A DNA stretch of 64,000 nt from Intoshia linei (taxonomy: Eukaryota > Animalia > Orthonectida): assembly GCA_001642005.1 (NCBI GenBank), contig LWCA01000063.1, positions 1-64,000 of the forward strand, in the 5' to 3' direction. The position numbers and the translations under genes are program-made. Under the pieces are notes generated by a model. That model did no database searches. It saw nothing but the letters and a program-made list of their open reading frames with translations, and had not been told where the DNA came from. This document shows positions 1 to 13,700 of this stretch, one piece after another; position 1 is the stretch's first letter, and each line of letters opens with the position of its first letter.

Positions 1-1180
1 TTTGAATGTTTTAATAAAAATGTTTTAAAAATGAAAATTTGAAATTTAAAAATTACGTAGCAATGAAAAAAAATCCGAAGGAATGAATTATATAGATTTT
101 CACCCATATGTCTTTATTGGNAATTTTAAAAACAATTGTTATCCCATTTTTTTAATTTATTAGATTATCCAACATGTGTCTATAATATTAAAAATAAAGT
201 AAAAACAGTCCAATCCTAAAAATTGTCATAAATAGCATAAATTCCAGAAAAAATAAAATTAAGAAACCTATTTTGTCATTTTCAATGTGATGACATATAT
301 TCAGTATCAATTTAATAAATAAATCCTAAAAATTGTCATAAATAGCATAAATTCCAGAAAAAATAAAATTATAAACTATTTTGTTATTTTGAGTGTGATG
401 ATATATATTCAGAACCAATTTAATAAATACTTACAAATACCAATTGTGTATCAATAATTAATAGAATCTTTAATTTATAAACATTTCAGTCGAATTTTAC
501 CATTATTGCAAAGGATTCTAATATATAAAATGATATTAACAAAGTTTTTTTAGTTTCTTATTTAAATTTGAATGTTTTAATAAAAATGTTTTAAAAATGA
601 AAATTTGAAATTTAAAAATTACGTAGCAATGAAAAAAAATCCGAAGGAATGAATTATATAGATTTTCACCCATATGTCTTTATTGGAAATGTGTAGACGT
701 ACATTTTTTTTGAAATTGTAGGATCAATATTTACATTTTCAATTTTAATCGAAATATTTGAAAAATATTGGTTAATAATATATTAAAAATTATTTTTCAC
801 CCGGGAATGCGTAGATTTCTCTCATTGAAATTTTGTATTTATATCAACTGGAATAAGCTCTATCAGAATAATTTTTTTTTTAATTTTCGGACCGTTAATT
901 ATTTCACATTTTTTGTTTTAATAAAATATTTCGGAAAAAAAAATATATGAATACTAAAATGCTTTTTTGACCGTGAAGTCGTCACTTATTCGGATTGAAA
1001 TTTTCTGTGTGTGTTAACAGGATGCAACTGTACAACCTGTAAAATTTTTGAAATTCTAGGGCTGTTTTCATTAAAAAAAGAAGGGTAATTTGGGGTTTGC
1101 TCCTGAAGATATATTTTTTTAAATTTAAATTTATGGTAATGCTTATGATTTTAAAATCCGTATCAGCATATATATTTTGT
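1..1180 (-). mobile_element. Non-autonomous Helitron family copy (partial, with local duplications)
   Basis: Near-identical to 60130-60980. It contains an ~110-nt tandem duplication (212-430) and an exact duplication of 1-120 at 567-686 next to an N. ORF 768..950 is an incidental reading of this repeat. Confidence 0.8.
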
Positions 1181-2745
1181 TACAGTTGATCATTAATTGC
1201 AAATATTGTTTGGAGTCATTATCTGTCAATAGATATAATAGAAAAAATTAATAATGATGTTGATTTATTAAATTCTAATTATCCATTCGTCTAGATAATC
1301 AAGTATTGTTGTTATTAAAATACAGTAATACCTTGATATAAGTAACATCGTGAACATGAAAATTTACCTCGAATAAGTAACGCTATAAGTAACAAATATT
1401 TTTTAGCAATGACTAATGGATTAAGTCCATTTAAAAACAATTTTCGAGTTAATTAATCATACCAATATTGATAGCGATGCTCAATTTTGCAAAAAATATC
1501 ATTTACAAGAGTTTTGACTCAAAACTTTTGAGGTAGGTAAATTTTAAAAAAACAGTGTCGGTGTTTATCAGAAATTTTATTAATGTGAAACATAAATCAC
1601 ATTTACTATTTACCCAGGCTGTTAAGGGCAGCCCCATTTTTTAACAAAAATTTTGAAAACTAGTTTTCAATGCTTATCAACAATCTTTAAATGAAAAATA
1701 TAAATAATGCCATATCGCACATTTTAATATTCCAAAGTACAATATTTAGTGCCATAAATCATATTTTTAAAAATTACCAGGGTATTAAGGATTAGTTTAA
1801 TTCCCTACTAGTATTTTCAATGTTTATCCGTCATATTTTCAATAATTATAAGTAATACCAATTATTTTAACGTTAATTAAAGAAACAATAAAACGTCAAA
1901 CACAATAAACCTCAATAATTATTGAGTACATTTTTACATACATATACCGTATATGATATACGATGTAGTCAAACATTTTTTCAAGGTCTTTCGATGAACA
2001 AATATATTTCTAAAAAGTGGGCGATAAATAAAATGAGTTTGGACCTGTTTTATATGACTATACTAACGAAAAATAAGAAAAAATGAGTTGTTTGGAAATG
2101 AAAACAGTTCAGTGTACTCTTTAGTAATGGATCCAACGTGAACCACGTGGTTCCAAAAGGAACACAAAAATAGGTATGAATGTAGGTCATCACCATCACC
2201 TGAAAAAGTTTTTCCACGGTTATAGCATGTTGTTGTAAATGATAATCTTTATCATATATAATGGAAAAAACCACATCTTTTTTTAAAAATAATGTGCATT
2301 ATATTGAAACCCACTCCAAATAACTAGGGCGTAGTTCTCATTTTCGGGTGATAATTCGTAATTGATAATCAGTAAGGATTTTTTTACAAAAATAAAACAT
2401 TTTTAATTTTTGCAAAAATCGGACTAATAATGGATTGCAAGAAAGTTGTTTAAAATACAATTATAAAATTATATACCTCCTGTAGCACAATATGACCTAA
2501 AATTATACTATATTATATTTGATTAGTCACATTTTACCAAAAACGACTGGTAGTAAACACAAAATAAAAATATAATTTTTCATGTTTCAAATACAAATTC
2601 AATTCAGTATTGCCAAAAATCTACCAGTAACTTAACCAACTTTAGTTTTATCTTGGTGATTCAATAAATAAATCTATTATAGTAAAAATTGTTTGAAAAT
2701 AGATGAATGATGGATATATTTATATTCATTCATGCATTCGTTTAG

Positions 2746-3289
2746 TGAATAAGGCGTGTAATCGTGTAGTCAATTATATACACCGTCATTACAATAATAA
2801 TTGGACACATTTCAAATTTTATACAAATATTATTTTTGGTAACTGATATGCACTTACTTTATTTAATCTTATAAACGTTCATTTTAGGAATGGATAAACT
2901 AGACTGTACGCTGGTTATTAATTTTTCCATACCTAGAGGAGCTGACATAAAACCATCTCCAGAAGAATATCTTCGCAGAATCGAAAGAACAGGTAGGTTC
3001 GGCAAAAAGGGGATAGCTTTAAATCTAATCGATTCCGAATATGAACTCGAATCTCTCATGACTATACAAAAATATTATGGTAATCATTTAAATATATTAT
3101 TTATTAATCATATTAAAGATACCGTTATTGAAGAATTACCTCACATAAAAGATATAGAAAAGTATGATAATATTTATATAACTTAGCATCGCAGGAAGAT
3201 ACAATAAAAGATCCACTCATATCAGCCCCAAATTACTTGAAATGAGAACGATTCTAAAGTGTAACTCTAAGTTCTTAAATAAATATTAA
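2746..3289 (+). CDS. DDX19/Dbp5-like DEAD-box helicase, 3' exons (RecA2 motifs V-VI), divergent; upstream exons not resolved
   Basis: GMDKLDCTLVINFSIPRGADIKPSPEEYLRRIERTGRFGKKGIALNLID matches the DDX19 pattern VINFDLP...[24 protein letters not shown]. Probable introns are 2839-2887, 3080-3118 (39 nt, in-frame, stopless) and possibly 3162-3186, which would give ...DIENIAG like DDX19 DEIEKIA. Confidence 0.7.
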
Positions 3290-3667
3290 TTTAAATTTAA
3301 TCTCAATAGAATTCAGTTATTCATTATTAAAATTACAAGAGAAAGTTAAAAATTTTCTATTATTAAAATTAATAAATTATTTTCAAAAATGAAGGCGATA
3401 AATTTAAAAATGATAAAATAAATAAAAATTTTTCGTATAAATTTTATAATAAAACTTAAAATTTAAAAGTACATTTATTTGTCAATTCATCAAAATATAA
3501 AATTTTGTGTTTGTCTGAAAAACAATAAATGTTTGATCTGTTTGAAGTCGTCAATGGATATGAACACTATTTGATAAAATTACTGGTTTTGTGACATGAC
3601 TACGTGCATGTATTTTGGCGCAATTTAATTAGTAAATAATTGATTAAATATATATAAAAATTCAGTA

Positions 3668-6600
3668 ATGTTTACAAGAGAAGACCGTTTCAAGAAAGGA
3701 AAAGGTAGTTTAAATTTTGAAATCATTGATTCAGTGGTATCTAGATTTACATGTGCCGTCTCCAGGAGCTTATAATCCTAAAAACATTGACCCTCATGTA
3801 CCTAGTGTCAATTACTTACCAAATAAACGTATTTCAAATTTTTTAAATTATAATATTATTTTATAATTTAATTTTTAGTGGCAAATGGAATGAACGAAAA
3901 AGATTTGCCACGTAAAAATTTTCTCAGTGTTCGTAACCTTAAAAAAGAAACCAAATATTTTAAAAAGCGAAGCAAATCAACTTGTTTTAAAGATGCAACA
4001 AATATACCGATCAATAATATACATAATAAGTTGTATATAAATAAATCTGAACAGAATGATAATTTGTAATTTTTTATCATTTTTAGAATATTTATTGTTA
4101 AATAATAAATTTTTACAGATTACTAAAAGTGGAAATTACGTCATTTAAAAAACAATTATTTCAAAGCAAAATTTTAATTTGTGAATTGAATAAAAAACTT
4201 AATCATCAAAATACATTGTTAACAAATATTGAAAGGTAAATTTAAAGATAAATACGGCAGTCTCTCTAATCGCAATATTGCAATTCATAATTTTGGTAAC
4301 TATAGGAATGGTATATAAGATTTTTTTATGTGGCACCCTTTCGAATCAATAAATAAAATAATCTTTTTCCATAAAATTATGTCAATGTAAACGATTTACG
4401 AATGGAAGAGATAATACTCTATTGCAGTGTTTCTCAACATTTTTTCCATTTAGGCACACTAGGAAGCAATTAAAAAAATTTGGCGCACAATCAAATATCT
4501 AAATAGAAAATATTGTTTATGTTTGTTTGTCTACTCAAAATATTTACTATAATATAAGATTTTGAAAGGGTAAGCTGCAAATTTAAGAAAAAAATTTTTC
4601 AAGAAACAAAATAAATTTGATGTAACTGTACCCTTATGAAATTTTATAGCTCGTTTCCAATTGTTCGTTGGAACCCATAAACTTTTATAAGGCGCACCGG
4701 TTAAGAACACTGTTGTATTGTAATATTGATTTATACTGAAATTTTTAAGAAATAAACAAAATGAAATTAAAATATTACAAGAAAAATTATTTAATGATCG
4801 GAATTATTATGCCGAATTATTAGACAACATAAAAAGTGAAAACTCGAAAAATCAAAATGAAATTGAAATATTAGAAGAAAAATTATTAGATGATCGGAAT
4901 TATTATTCCGAATTATTAGAAAAAACAAAAAGTACAAAAATACAAAATCAAATTGTAAATATCGAAATGATTGATAAAATTAAAAGTACCATTAAAGAAT
5001 TTAAAAACGACTTCAATTACGTTTATTCAAATATTGAGTCACTACACAATATTTTAAAAAAATTTACCATAATAATAAATGAAAGTTTAAATGTTTATAA
5101 TGATTATTCCAAGCAAATTGAAAATATTCACGGTATAAGTGATTGAAAATAAAAAATTCAATTTATTTTTAGAAAATGTTGACACCAAAAATGCAAATAT
5201 TGATAAGTTGATTGGAAATGTTGTAAAGCTAACCGGAATCAATGCAGATCAATGTAAAAAAATTGAAAATTTATCTTATGAAAATTGTACTTTCCAAGAT
5301 TTTAAAGATTTATACAATATATTAAAAAACGAATATATGAATTATCAATTAACTACCAACAATCAAATTAAAAGTTTACTCGAAGAAAAAGGTTTTTTTA
5401 GTTTTATTCATTATTTTTTATTTTTAGAAAATTTACTTTCCGAGACTAATTTACCTAAAATTAATGAAATAAAGTCAACTGTCAATATATTATCCGATAA
5501 ATTGACAATGTTGACGACTCAAATGGATTTAAAAAACCAGAATTTATTAAAAAAGGAAATTGAGATCAATGATCTAAAAAACTCTTATTCTGATTTGGAT
5601 GATTTTAAGAATCTAGAAATCAGTAAGATTTTAATATTAATTTTATGACATTACAAAATTGATGTATATGATTTTAACATTAACTAATGCTAAAATTACT
5701 TTTTTTGTTGAAAAAACAAGATACAACTGTACAATCTGTAAATTTTTTGAAATTATAGGTCTGTTTTCATTAAAAAAAGAGAAGTAATTTGTGGTTTTGG
5801 TCCTGAAGATATAATTTTTTTAAATTTAAATTTATGATAATGTTTAAGATGTTAAAATCCGAATCAGCGTATATATTTTTTTAAATTATCCAACTCGTTT
5901 GATTTTTAAAAAGAGGGACAATTGGGGTTTTTGACCCGTAAGATGTGAGTTTGGGAGGTTGAAATTTATTTATTATATGCCCCGAAAAAAACTGTAATTG
6001 AAACGTGGTCTTTAAAAAATTCTAAGAGTGGTAGTTATTTCAATAAAGTTTTTGACCCGTAAGATGTGAAATTGGGAGGTTGAAATTTATCTTATTATAC
6101 GGTTTTTGACCCTTAAGATGTGAAATTGGGAGGTTGAAATTTATCTTATTATACGTGGAAAAACTGTAATTGAAATGTGGAATGTATAAAGTTCTAAGTT
6201 TGGTAGTTATTTCAATAAAGTGGAACACACACAAACAAAAATCGCGTAACTTATTATATAAGTTAGGATTTTAAAGTTATTATTTGAATTCCGCTTAATT
6301 TATTTTGAGAAATGAGAATTTTTAATAACGGCATATTATTTATCACATATCAAAGCATACTCTTTGCTCATGGGCTTTTTTTTGAACAGCCCTAATAATC
6401 ATATGTTTTGTTCATTTTTATATTAGTCATTTAGAAAATATACAGGCAGAATATACTGCTAAAATTTCAGAAATGGCTAGTGAAATTAAAGTAGCTCATG
6501 TCAACCTTAATGATAATCGAAGAAAATGGGTAAATATTAAAATTAATAGTAAATCAAAAGCATGGAGCTATAAATAGAGTATTATTAGGCAGCCAATTGC

Positions 6601-9600
6601 ACCTTTTATTAAATTTTTAGATTTATTTCAACTTTTAAAAAAAATTAAAAATAATGGACCTCCCTGATCAATGTTTTTATAATCATGTGGAATGGGCTAT
6701 CATTTTTCCAAATTGAACATTTAAAAAAATTATATTTTTAAATATAAAATATTTTTTTATCAAATTTAAGTTGTCAAGTCTAGACTCTAGACCAGGGGTG
6801 CACAACCTACGGCCGTGGGCATGTGATCATAATATAATATATCAATTTACTTCAAATTTAAAAGTTTTCCAGTTTCTCAAATTGGATTAAAATTTTGAAA
6901 CTTCGATCTTTTTGATCCGCTTTAAGTTTTTTATACGATACAAAATTTACATTATTATTTATGTGTGTAATTAAATCATGTTAAAATGGCTTAATTTAAA
7001 TTTTGGGTTTGATTTATTTTACAATGAAATATAAAATTTTACGTCAAATTGAAAAAGTTTAAAATTAGATTTTATTTAAGAAAATTTTAAATATTTTTAT
7101 CAAAAAGTTACATTTTAAACTTTGATTACTTTCTCAAAATGGATTTAAATTATCTAAATTTCAAAGTACACAATGGCGGTCGTAGTAGCAATGAGTAAAG
7201 TAGCTTTGCGGCTGAATTGGTGGAAAGGTTGTACACCCCTGCTCTAGACCCCTTGAGGTGGTTTTGGATATTTGACATGAATCGTTTGTGAAATTTTTTT
7301 TAAGCTATTTTTTATTTTCAAGTATTTTTATTTTATTAGTCTCTAGCTTGATATATTCGGATCTGTATTAACGTATAATGTATAATGAATTCTAAGCCTT
7401 CGTTTATATGCGTTATTTTGAAACTGCATGACTACTTGATTTTTTTTTAAAAACAACATACTTTATGACACTTCTATTTTTTTTAAACGTTTTATTAGTT
7501 TATCGTAAATTATTAAATTAAATGTTTAAATAGTATGGTATACAAATTTAGGAAATGGAAAAAAATAGATTATTGAAAATGGAACAGTCAGATCAGAAAA
7601 AAAAAGCAATGTTATCAAATAAAATTAACATGATGAATATTAAAATTAAATCTCTTAAAGAAGAGGAAAAAGAACTACAAAACGAGAAATTACTTTATGC
7701 TCAAAGCGTTAATAGTAAAGACAATGAAATAGATTTGTAAAATTTTTTATTATGGCAATACTGATATTTAATATATTAATATACATTACATGTAATAGTA
7801 TTATTATATTTATTATTAAATTGGTAGCATTGATTTTTTATCCTTTACACATTAGTAGGTTTGATAAAATATATTTACATTTATTTTATTATCCTGGGTG
7901 GATTATATAGTATTAGTCGGAATAAGATTTATTATTTAAATACAGTATTTATAAAAATTTGATAAAAAACGTAATAAATTAACTTCTAATTAGTACAAAA
8001 ATGAGTTGATACTCTCTTAAAAATAGATTCTAGACTCTAGTGTTTAGATCTTTAGAGATAAAATTATTATTAACGGAATTTTAAATTATTTATTTTTTGT
8101 TAACGAATTTGCAGGAACCAAAAATTCCGTTAATAATAATTAGATCTCTAAAAAACTTATTGGCGTTAATTAGAAATAATTACTATTATCACGAAAGTAT
8201 CATGTTTAACTTTATTTTATATCTGTAAATAATTAAAAATTTATAAAATTTTTCATGGACCCTAAAAAACTGATGTGAACCCGTTGATGATGTTTTGTAT
8301 ATATTACTACGTCATGTATTATTCAAAAACTCATAATAACAATAAATATGACCATTTAATCGTTTTTATTTAAAAAAATTAAATTCCGTTAATAAGGACT
8401 TATTGTATTTATTTTATTAGGTGGAAACAACGATTCAATGAACTTGATGCTAAAATACTTCCATTTTCAGTAAGTTATTATTTTTTGAATTTAAAAATTA
8501 TTTCTATTGTTTTACTATATAAAAATATGCTGTGTAGTGGTCCTTAATTAATGAAAATTTTTAAGGTTGTTTTGATTTTGCTAGTTTTCCATTATTTGAT
8601 TTTAAATGCGTCACTGAGAGCATAAGAATATTCTTCAAGAAATATAATAAACTATTAATTAATTAAGTGAATACAGATTATTCAAATGCCGGTAAATAAC
8701 TATTATGGTTTTCTTGTTAAATTAAGATTAACCAATATAAGTTGAACTGATTTTCCAGTAGATTTGGAAAGTGTTTAGGTTATTTATTGACTACTACGGA
8801 TATTACTGAAATAAAATCTATCTTACATATTAATTACATAATTTTTATTTAAAATTTTATTTTCAATTATCCCACAATTTAAATGATATTTTATGAAAAT
8901 TTTCAATGCGCTATAGGTTGACCACACTGATATAGCATATACATTCTCAACTTTTTCATTAACACAAATATGTTGCATATATTTCTATCTGGACCACTTT
9001 GCGACTGCTACATAACAGTTAATCTAGTAAATTATATATTTACTCATGTTAATATATTTTTTTCATTATTTAATACTATTTGTAGGAAATTTTATCTAAT
9101 TACGACACTGAACGAAAACTTTTAATTAAAAACAATAAATTAACTGAAACGGAATTGCTTAACAGTGCTTTCGATTGTGGGTCAAAATTAGGGCATTGCA
9201 ATTTCAAGCAGAAAATTAAATATGTTGCAAATTTAAAACTCAGTGAAGCACAGCTCAAATTGGTACATTTAATTTACAAAATAATAATGAGAAATTCAAA
9301 AATATGCAAAATTTATGAATTATATACATTTATTAGATATGGTGACCTTTTAATCATTTCTTTCTTTAAAGTTTTTTTGTCAATTTAAAAAAATCAATTG
9401 AATATCATTTAATTTTGATATAAATTATAAATTTTTGGACATTTTCAAGAGAAAATTTTTACTGCTTTTTCAAAATTATCTTGTTTACATGTCAGTGGTT
9501 CCCGATTCAAATAGACCCACATTTCAAAATATATTTTTTTTGACTCAAAGGAAACATGAAATATATAACATTTAAAAAAAAATGAAAGTTTTTTTCTTGT

Positions 9601-10550
9601 AAGATTTGGTCAAATCGGATTTTTCCCTTAAGTTAGGTTGGTAACATTGGATTTTTTATTTTTGATTAAGAAGTTGTTCCTCATAAGATTTGGTCAAATC
9701 GGATATTTCCCTTAAGTTAGGTTGGTAAATTGATTTTATTATTTTTTGTTTTGAATTAAGAAGTTGTTGCTCATAAGATTTGGTAATACAGTGAAACCTC
9801 TTTATAAACAAATTATTATGCTTTTAAAAATATATCAATCCTATATAATTTGTTTATTACTTTTTCACATGTCAACAGTTTACGTTGTATGGAATTTTTA
9901 TGACATTTATCACGCTTTTTTGATACTCCAAAAAACAAATTAGTCTTTAAATTTTCAAAATCGTTTGTTTTATAAAGAGGTTTCACTGTATCGGATTTTT
10001 CAGTAAAAGTCGATTTTTCCCTGAGGGTTTTAAATGGTATTTTTTATTAATGGTGGGATTAATAGTGGAATTTTTTAAATAATAATGTATCGGTATTCTA
10101 GGTTTAGGGTAAATTCACAACATTTGACAACTCTGTAATAAATATTAAAAATTCTAAAATTAAACACAAGTTGATAAAAATTTTTGTACCTCATTCGGAA
10201 ATCACTGATTTAGATAGTGCTTTGCTTAATGAATGGCATATATTTTTTTAACTATTTGTTCGTCTGTATGGTTTATAATAGTGAAAATGTAATTTTTTAA
10301 GTTATAATATGATTAATTAATATCAACGATGACTCATTGTAATTATATTTACATATTAACTAATTAGAAACGTTATTATTTAAAACTAAATTTTATAATA
10401 TATTTGTGATAGGAAAATATGAAATTAAAAACAAAATTTGACGAATCCCGACGAAAAATAATTGCACTAGAATCACAAGTTCGAATAATCTCTGGCAAGA
10501 ATAAATTTGATCCTAAAAACGCATTTAAATGCAACAACACCGAAGTGTAA
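3668..10550 (+). CDS. HMMR: Hyaluronan-mediated motility receptor (RHAMM), multi-exon coiled-coil spindle protein
   Basis: Spliced N-terminus MFTREDRFKKGKDLHVPSPGAYNPK (HMMR: KRFND...PSPGAYD). Exon near 9190 reads LGHCNFKQKIKYVANLK (HMMR bZIP: LGHQNLKQKIKHVVKLK). Last exon 10413-10550 reads ...KNKFDPKNAFK (HMMR: FDPSKAF). Includes ORFs 3878, 5139, 7555 and 9155. Confidence 0.88.
4424..4712. mobile_element. hAT-type MITE in HMMR intron
   Basis: Terminal inverted repeats cagtgtttctcaac ... ggttaagaacactg. Confidence 0.6.
5720..6265 (-). mobile_element. Helitron family 5' fragment with internal tandem repeats
   Basis: Matches 60825-61200. The unit ttttgacccgtaagatgtgaaattgggaggttgaaattta occurs three times (~5930, 6050, 6104). 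Confidence 0.8.
6793..7241. mobile_element. hAT (Charlie/Buster-like) MITE
   Basis: TIRs caggggtgcacaacct / aggttgtacacccctg, with a perfect 8-bp TSD ctctagac at 6785-6792 and 7242-7249. Confidence 0.9.
8050..8152. repeat. Fold-back inverted repeat (~32-bp arms), pogo-MITE-like remnant
   Basis: tttagagataaaattattattaacggaatttt ... aaaattccgttaataataattagatctctaaa. Related ttaacggaa termini occur at ~47065 and ~47865. Confidence 0.55.
9600..10136. repeat. Dispersed repeat family ending ...tggcaactctg, with internal tandem units
   Basis: Unit aagatttggtcaaatcggat repeats at 9601, 9685 and 9774. Related copies lie at ~19470-19790 and ~26240-26520, and in reverse at ~50950-51200. Confidence 0.6.
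9789..9988. mobile_element. Tc1/mariner-pogo type MITE (200 bp)
   Basis: TIRs cagtgaaacctctttataaa / tttataaagaggtttcactg flanked by a TA target duplication; it interrupts the third tandem unit of the host repeat. Confidence 0.9.
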
Positions 10551-10749
10551 TTGTATATATGTATTGATTAATTTAATAAATATGAAACTTGAATCAATAT
10601 TATTTATATAATTTATGTTCCAATTTCTAATTTTATTACCTGTGTGATTCCATTTCTAAACAAAAATTTAATATAACTAAATTTCCCTGTTACTTCCTGT
10701 TGTAGCAACTAGTCACAAGCAGTTTTATTAAAATTAATATTTTTTAAAC

Positions 10750-13700
10750 ATGAACAGAAGGAAGGTTCATTTTGTTACTAACGAGAGTAAGCCATACGTT
10801 AAACGTAGAAGTTTGACTCCAGAACCGTGTAGCCGTTCAAATAAAAGTGTTTTGTTTGACAAGTACGATACAAATTATTTTACTACGAAAAGCAGTAGTA
10901 TACCGCAACTGAATAAGTATAATTATGATTATCGTAATGGCAGACAATATCGAAATGATTTTTCTCATCAATCCACCAGCGATGGTAAATACAATCGAAA
11001 TAGAAACCGCTTTAATGATAATTTTTACAATTCTTATAATCATGATTATCATAAATATAATCAATTACCCAACCAAAATATTTATCAAGACAGAAGCCAG
11101 TCCAACTTTAAAGATACATGTAATTAAAATGAAAATGAAAATATTACAACACAGTTTATTTTAAAAAAATTTTAGATCAAAATTACGACTCTCACCAAAG
11201 ATATAATTATCAAAATGCAAATTTGGTTTTTTACCATTTTTTAGTGTTATTTTTACTTTTAGAAGTACGGACAGAATTCCGTTAAATATGAAATTGATAA
11301 ATTGAAAAAAGATGTAATTTTTATTTAATTTTATAATAAGATTAGATTAATGAAAAAGAATACATTTTAAATTCACGCAATGAAAGGTTTGTGGAAATGG
11401 AACAAAACTATGAAAAAATATTAAGTGAAAATGACAGTCTAAAAAATCAACTTTGTCATTCTATGGATTCTGCAGCTAATAATATTAATGAAAGAGTTAA
11501 GTGTAAAGATTTATTGATTCAAAAACTTGAACAGGAAAAACAAAATATCTATACTGATAATATTGAAATGAGAGATAGATTGAGGTACTTTTTAATTATC
11601 TAGATTGAAATTTTACATTAATGTTTAATGTAATAAAACTGATGTACTGAGTCCATTGTATTAAAAATCACTGAGCTTGGTGTTAAATCTGAAAAATTTC
11701 TATAAAAACCTGAATGTTGGATTATTATGGTCTATTAGTTAGACAAGATTTTTGACCTCTACATTAAACCAATATAATTTTTCAATATTGTTGTATAATA
11801 ATTTTACAGTCTGTTTAATTTAATTTTTTTAAATTTAAATTTAAAGTGTGTGAATATAATGTGTATTGTAATTGTTGTAACTGAAAGGGCATAAGTTATA
11901 TAATTTTTATTTATTTTTAGTAAACTCGAAATGGAAAAGAATAGTTTTTACAATAGTAGATTGGCAAATGAAGAATCACTTAATATGTTTCAGCAGAAAT
12001 TGATTGATATTCTCAAATCCTCATCTGTTGATTTTGACCGTCAATTGGAGGATAATAATTTATGCAAAGATGATATTTTGGAGAGAGTAAATATTGCTTT
12101 ATATCCGATATATTATTTATGGTTCTCGGACTCTTGATAGCGCCTTGACAGAGTGGTAGTTGCCATCCTCAAGCTCCGAAAATAAATCAATTTTAATTAA
12201 ATTAATGGGTCATAATTAGGGCAATTTTTTATTGACCTATAAAATAACAAAAAAACTGACCTAAAAATTAAATTTACTGACTTTATCTGACCTTAAAATT
12301 TATGTTTGTTTCTATGGTTAACACCAACTGAATCTACGATACCCTAAACCTTCCTTTTGTAGGCCTTAAATTAAATCAATACAATATTTACTACATCTTA
12401 ATTTTAATATTCGCATAGGCCCAATCATGATGGTGTTGGTCACTTTACATAATAAATTAATATGAATAAAACTTAAAATAAGGAATATTTATGCGTGTAA
12501 TAATAAATATGAATAACAAGGAACTGCAAATGAAAGAACCGATGTAAATCTCATTGTGTGATGTTGAAAATTATAAATGTTTATTGTTGTACATAATATA
12601 ATGTTTAACATAATATACTTAATATATAAGTTAGGATATAATGTTTGTATAAACTAATAACTATTTAAATAGGTACGTGAAGCAATTATGAATTCTAACA
12701 ATTTACGTGGCAGACTAGATCGATATGAATCTGAAAAATCAATTTTAAAGGCCACTATTTCTAAACTAATGGACGAATCTAGCCAGGAAAAAGTGCATAT
12801 ATCTTTTGCTAATGGTGAAATTGCCAAATGGGAAAATGTAAATTAATATAAACTTAACTGTGAAGTTTAAACATTATTTTAGAAAAGCAAAATCCTTGAT
12901 GATGATAACCATCTATTATATTCAGAAATTGAAGATTTAAAAACTAGATTATGTTCGGTCACTAGTGCTTGGACAGAAACACGTGATAGATTGGAAAGTA
13001 GAGAATCCTCTTGGTTGAATGAACGAGATAAAATAATTGAACACAAAGCTAGACTAGAAAATGAAATTACACAATTTCAGGGTTTATACTCCAAGCTAAA
13101 GACATTAATATGTGAAAACTTGAGAATTAATGGAAATGTAAAAACAAATACTTTTGGATTAGATGAGGATAAATTTTTGTTTAAAGTTTCAAGTGAAATT
13201 GGAATATTACATGATAGAATATCTAAAAATATGGACTTTGAAAATAGGACGATAGATTTAACCAAAAAATTAGAAATGGAATACAATGGTCATCGAGACA
13301 TGGAAAAGAATATTTCATTATTAGAAGGTGATAAAATGGAGTTAAAATCGGAAATTTCCAGATTACACCAACAACTTGAAGTGGCGGATTCAATTCGAAA
13401 AGTTCACTCTGACGAAAAAGGAGAGGTATTGAGATATTAGTAGTTTTTAATTTTTGTTTAGATTCATGAATTTTTAAACATGATATTTTTGAAATTTTTT
13501 CAAAAAGATTGTCTGGTAAATGATTTTGGAAATATAATAAATAAAATAAAAATATTGGAACAAGAAATGAAAATAATGTCAGATATTAAACACGATGAAA
13601 CTAGTTCAAAACGTCAACAACTTTCACTGCTGCAACAGAAAAATTGTCTGCAGCGTGATACTATCAATGCACACGAAATGAAAATTAAAGATTTAATGAA

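Noticed and set aside
1-686. Exact 120-nt direct repeat (1-120 and 567-686)
   Set aside because: The identity stops at an N at position 121, within a high-copy repeat; most likely a scaffold-join or haplotype artefact.
2050-2350. Relatively GC-rich patch with short ORFs
   Set aside because: No frame gives a recognisable motif; it could be a TE relic or a divergent exon but cannot be supported.
5930-6160. Regularly spaced direct repeats resembling a CRISPR array (also 9600-9790)
   Set aside because: Eukaryotic context, the spacers are not unique, and there are no cas genes; these are tandem duplications within TEs.
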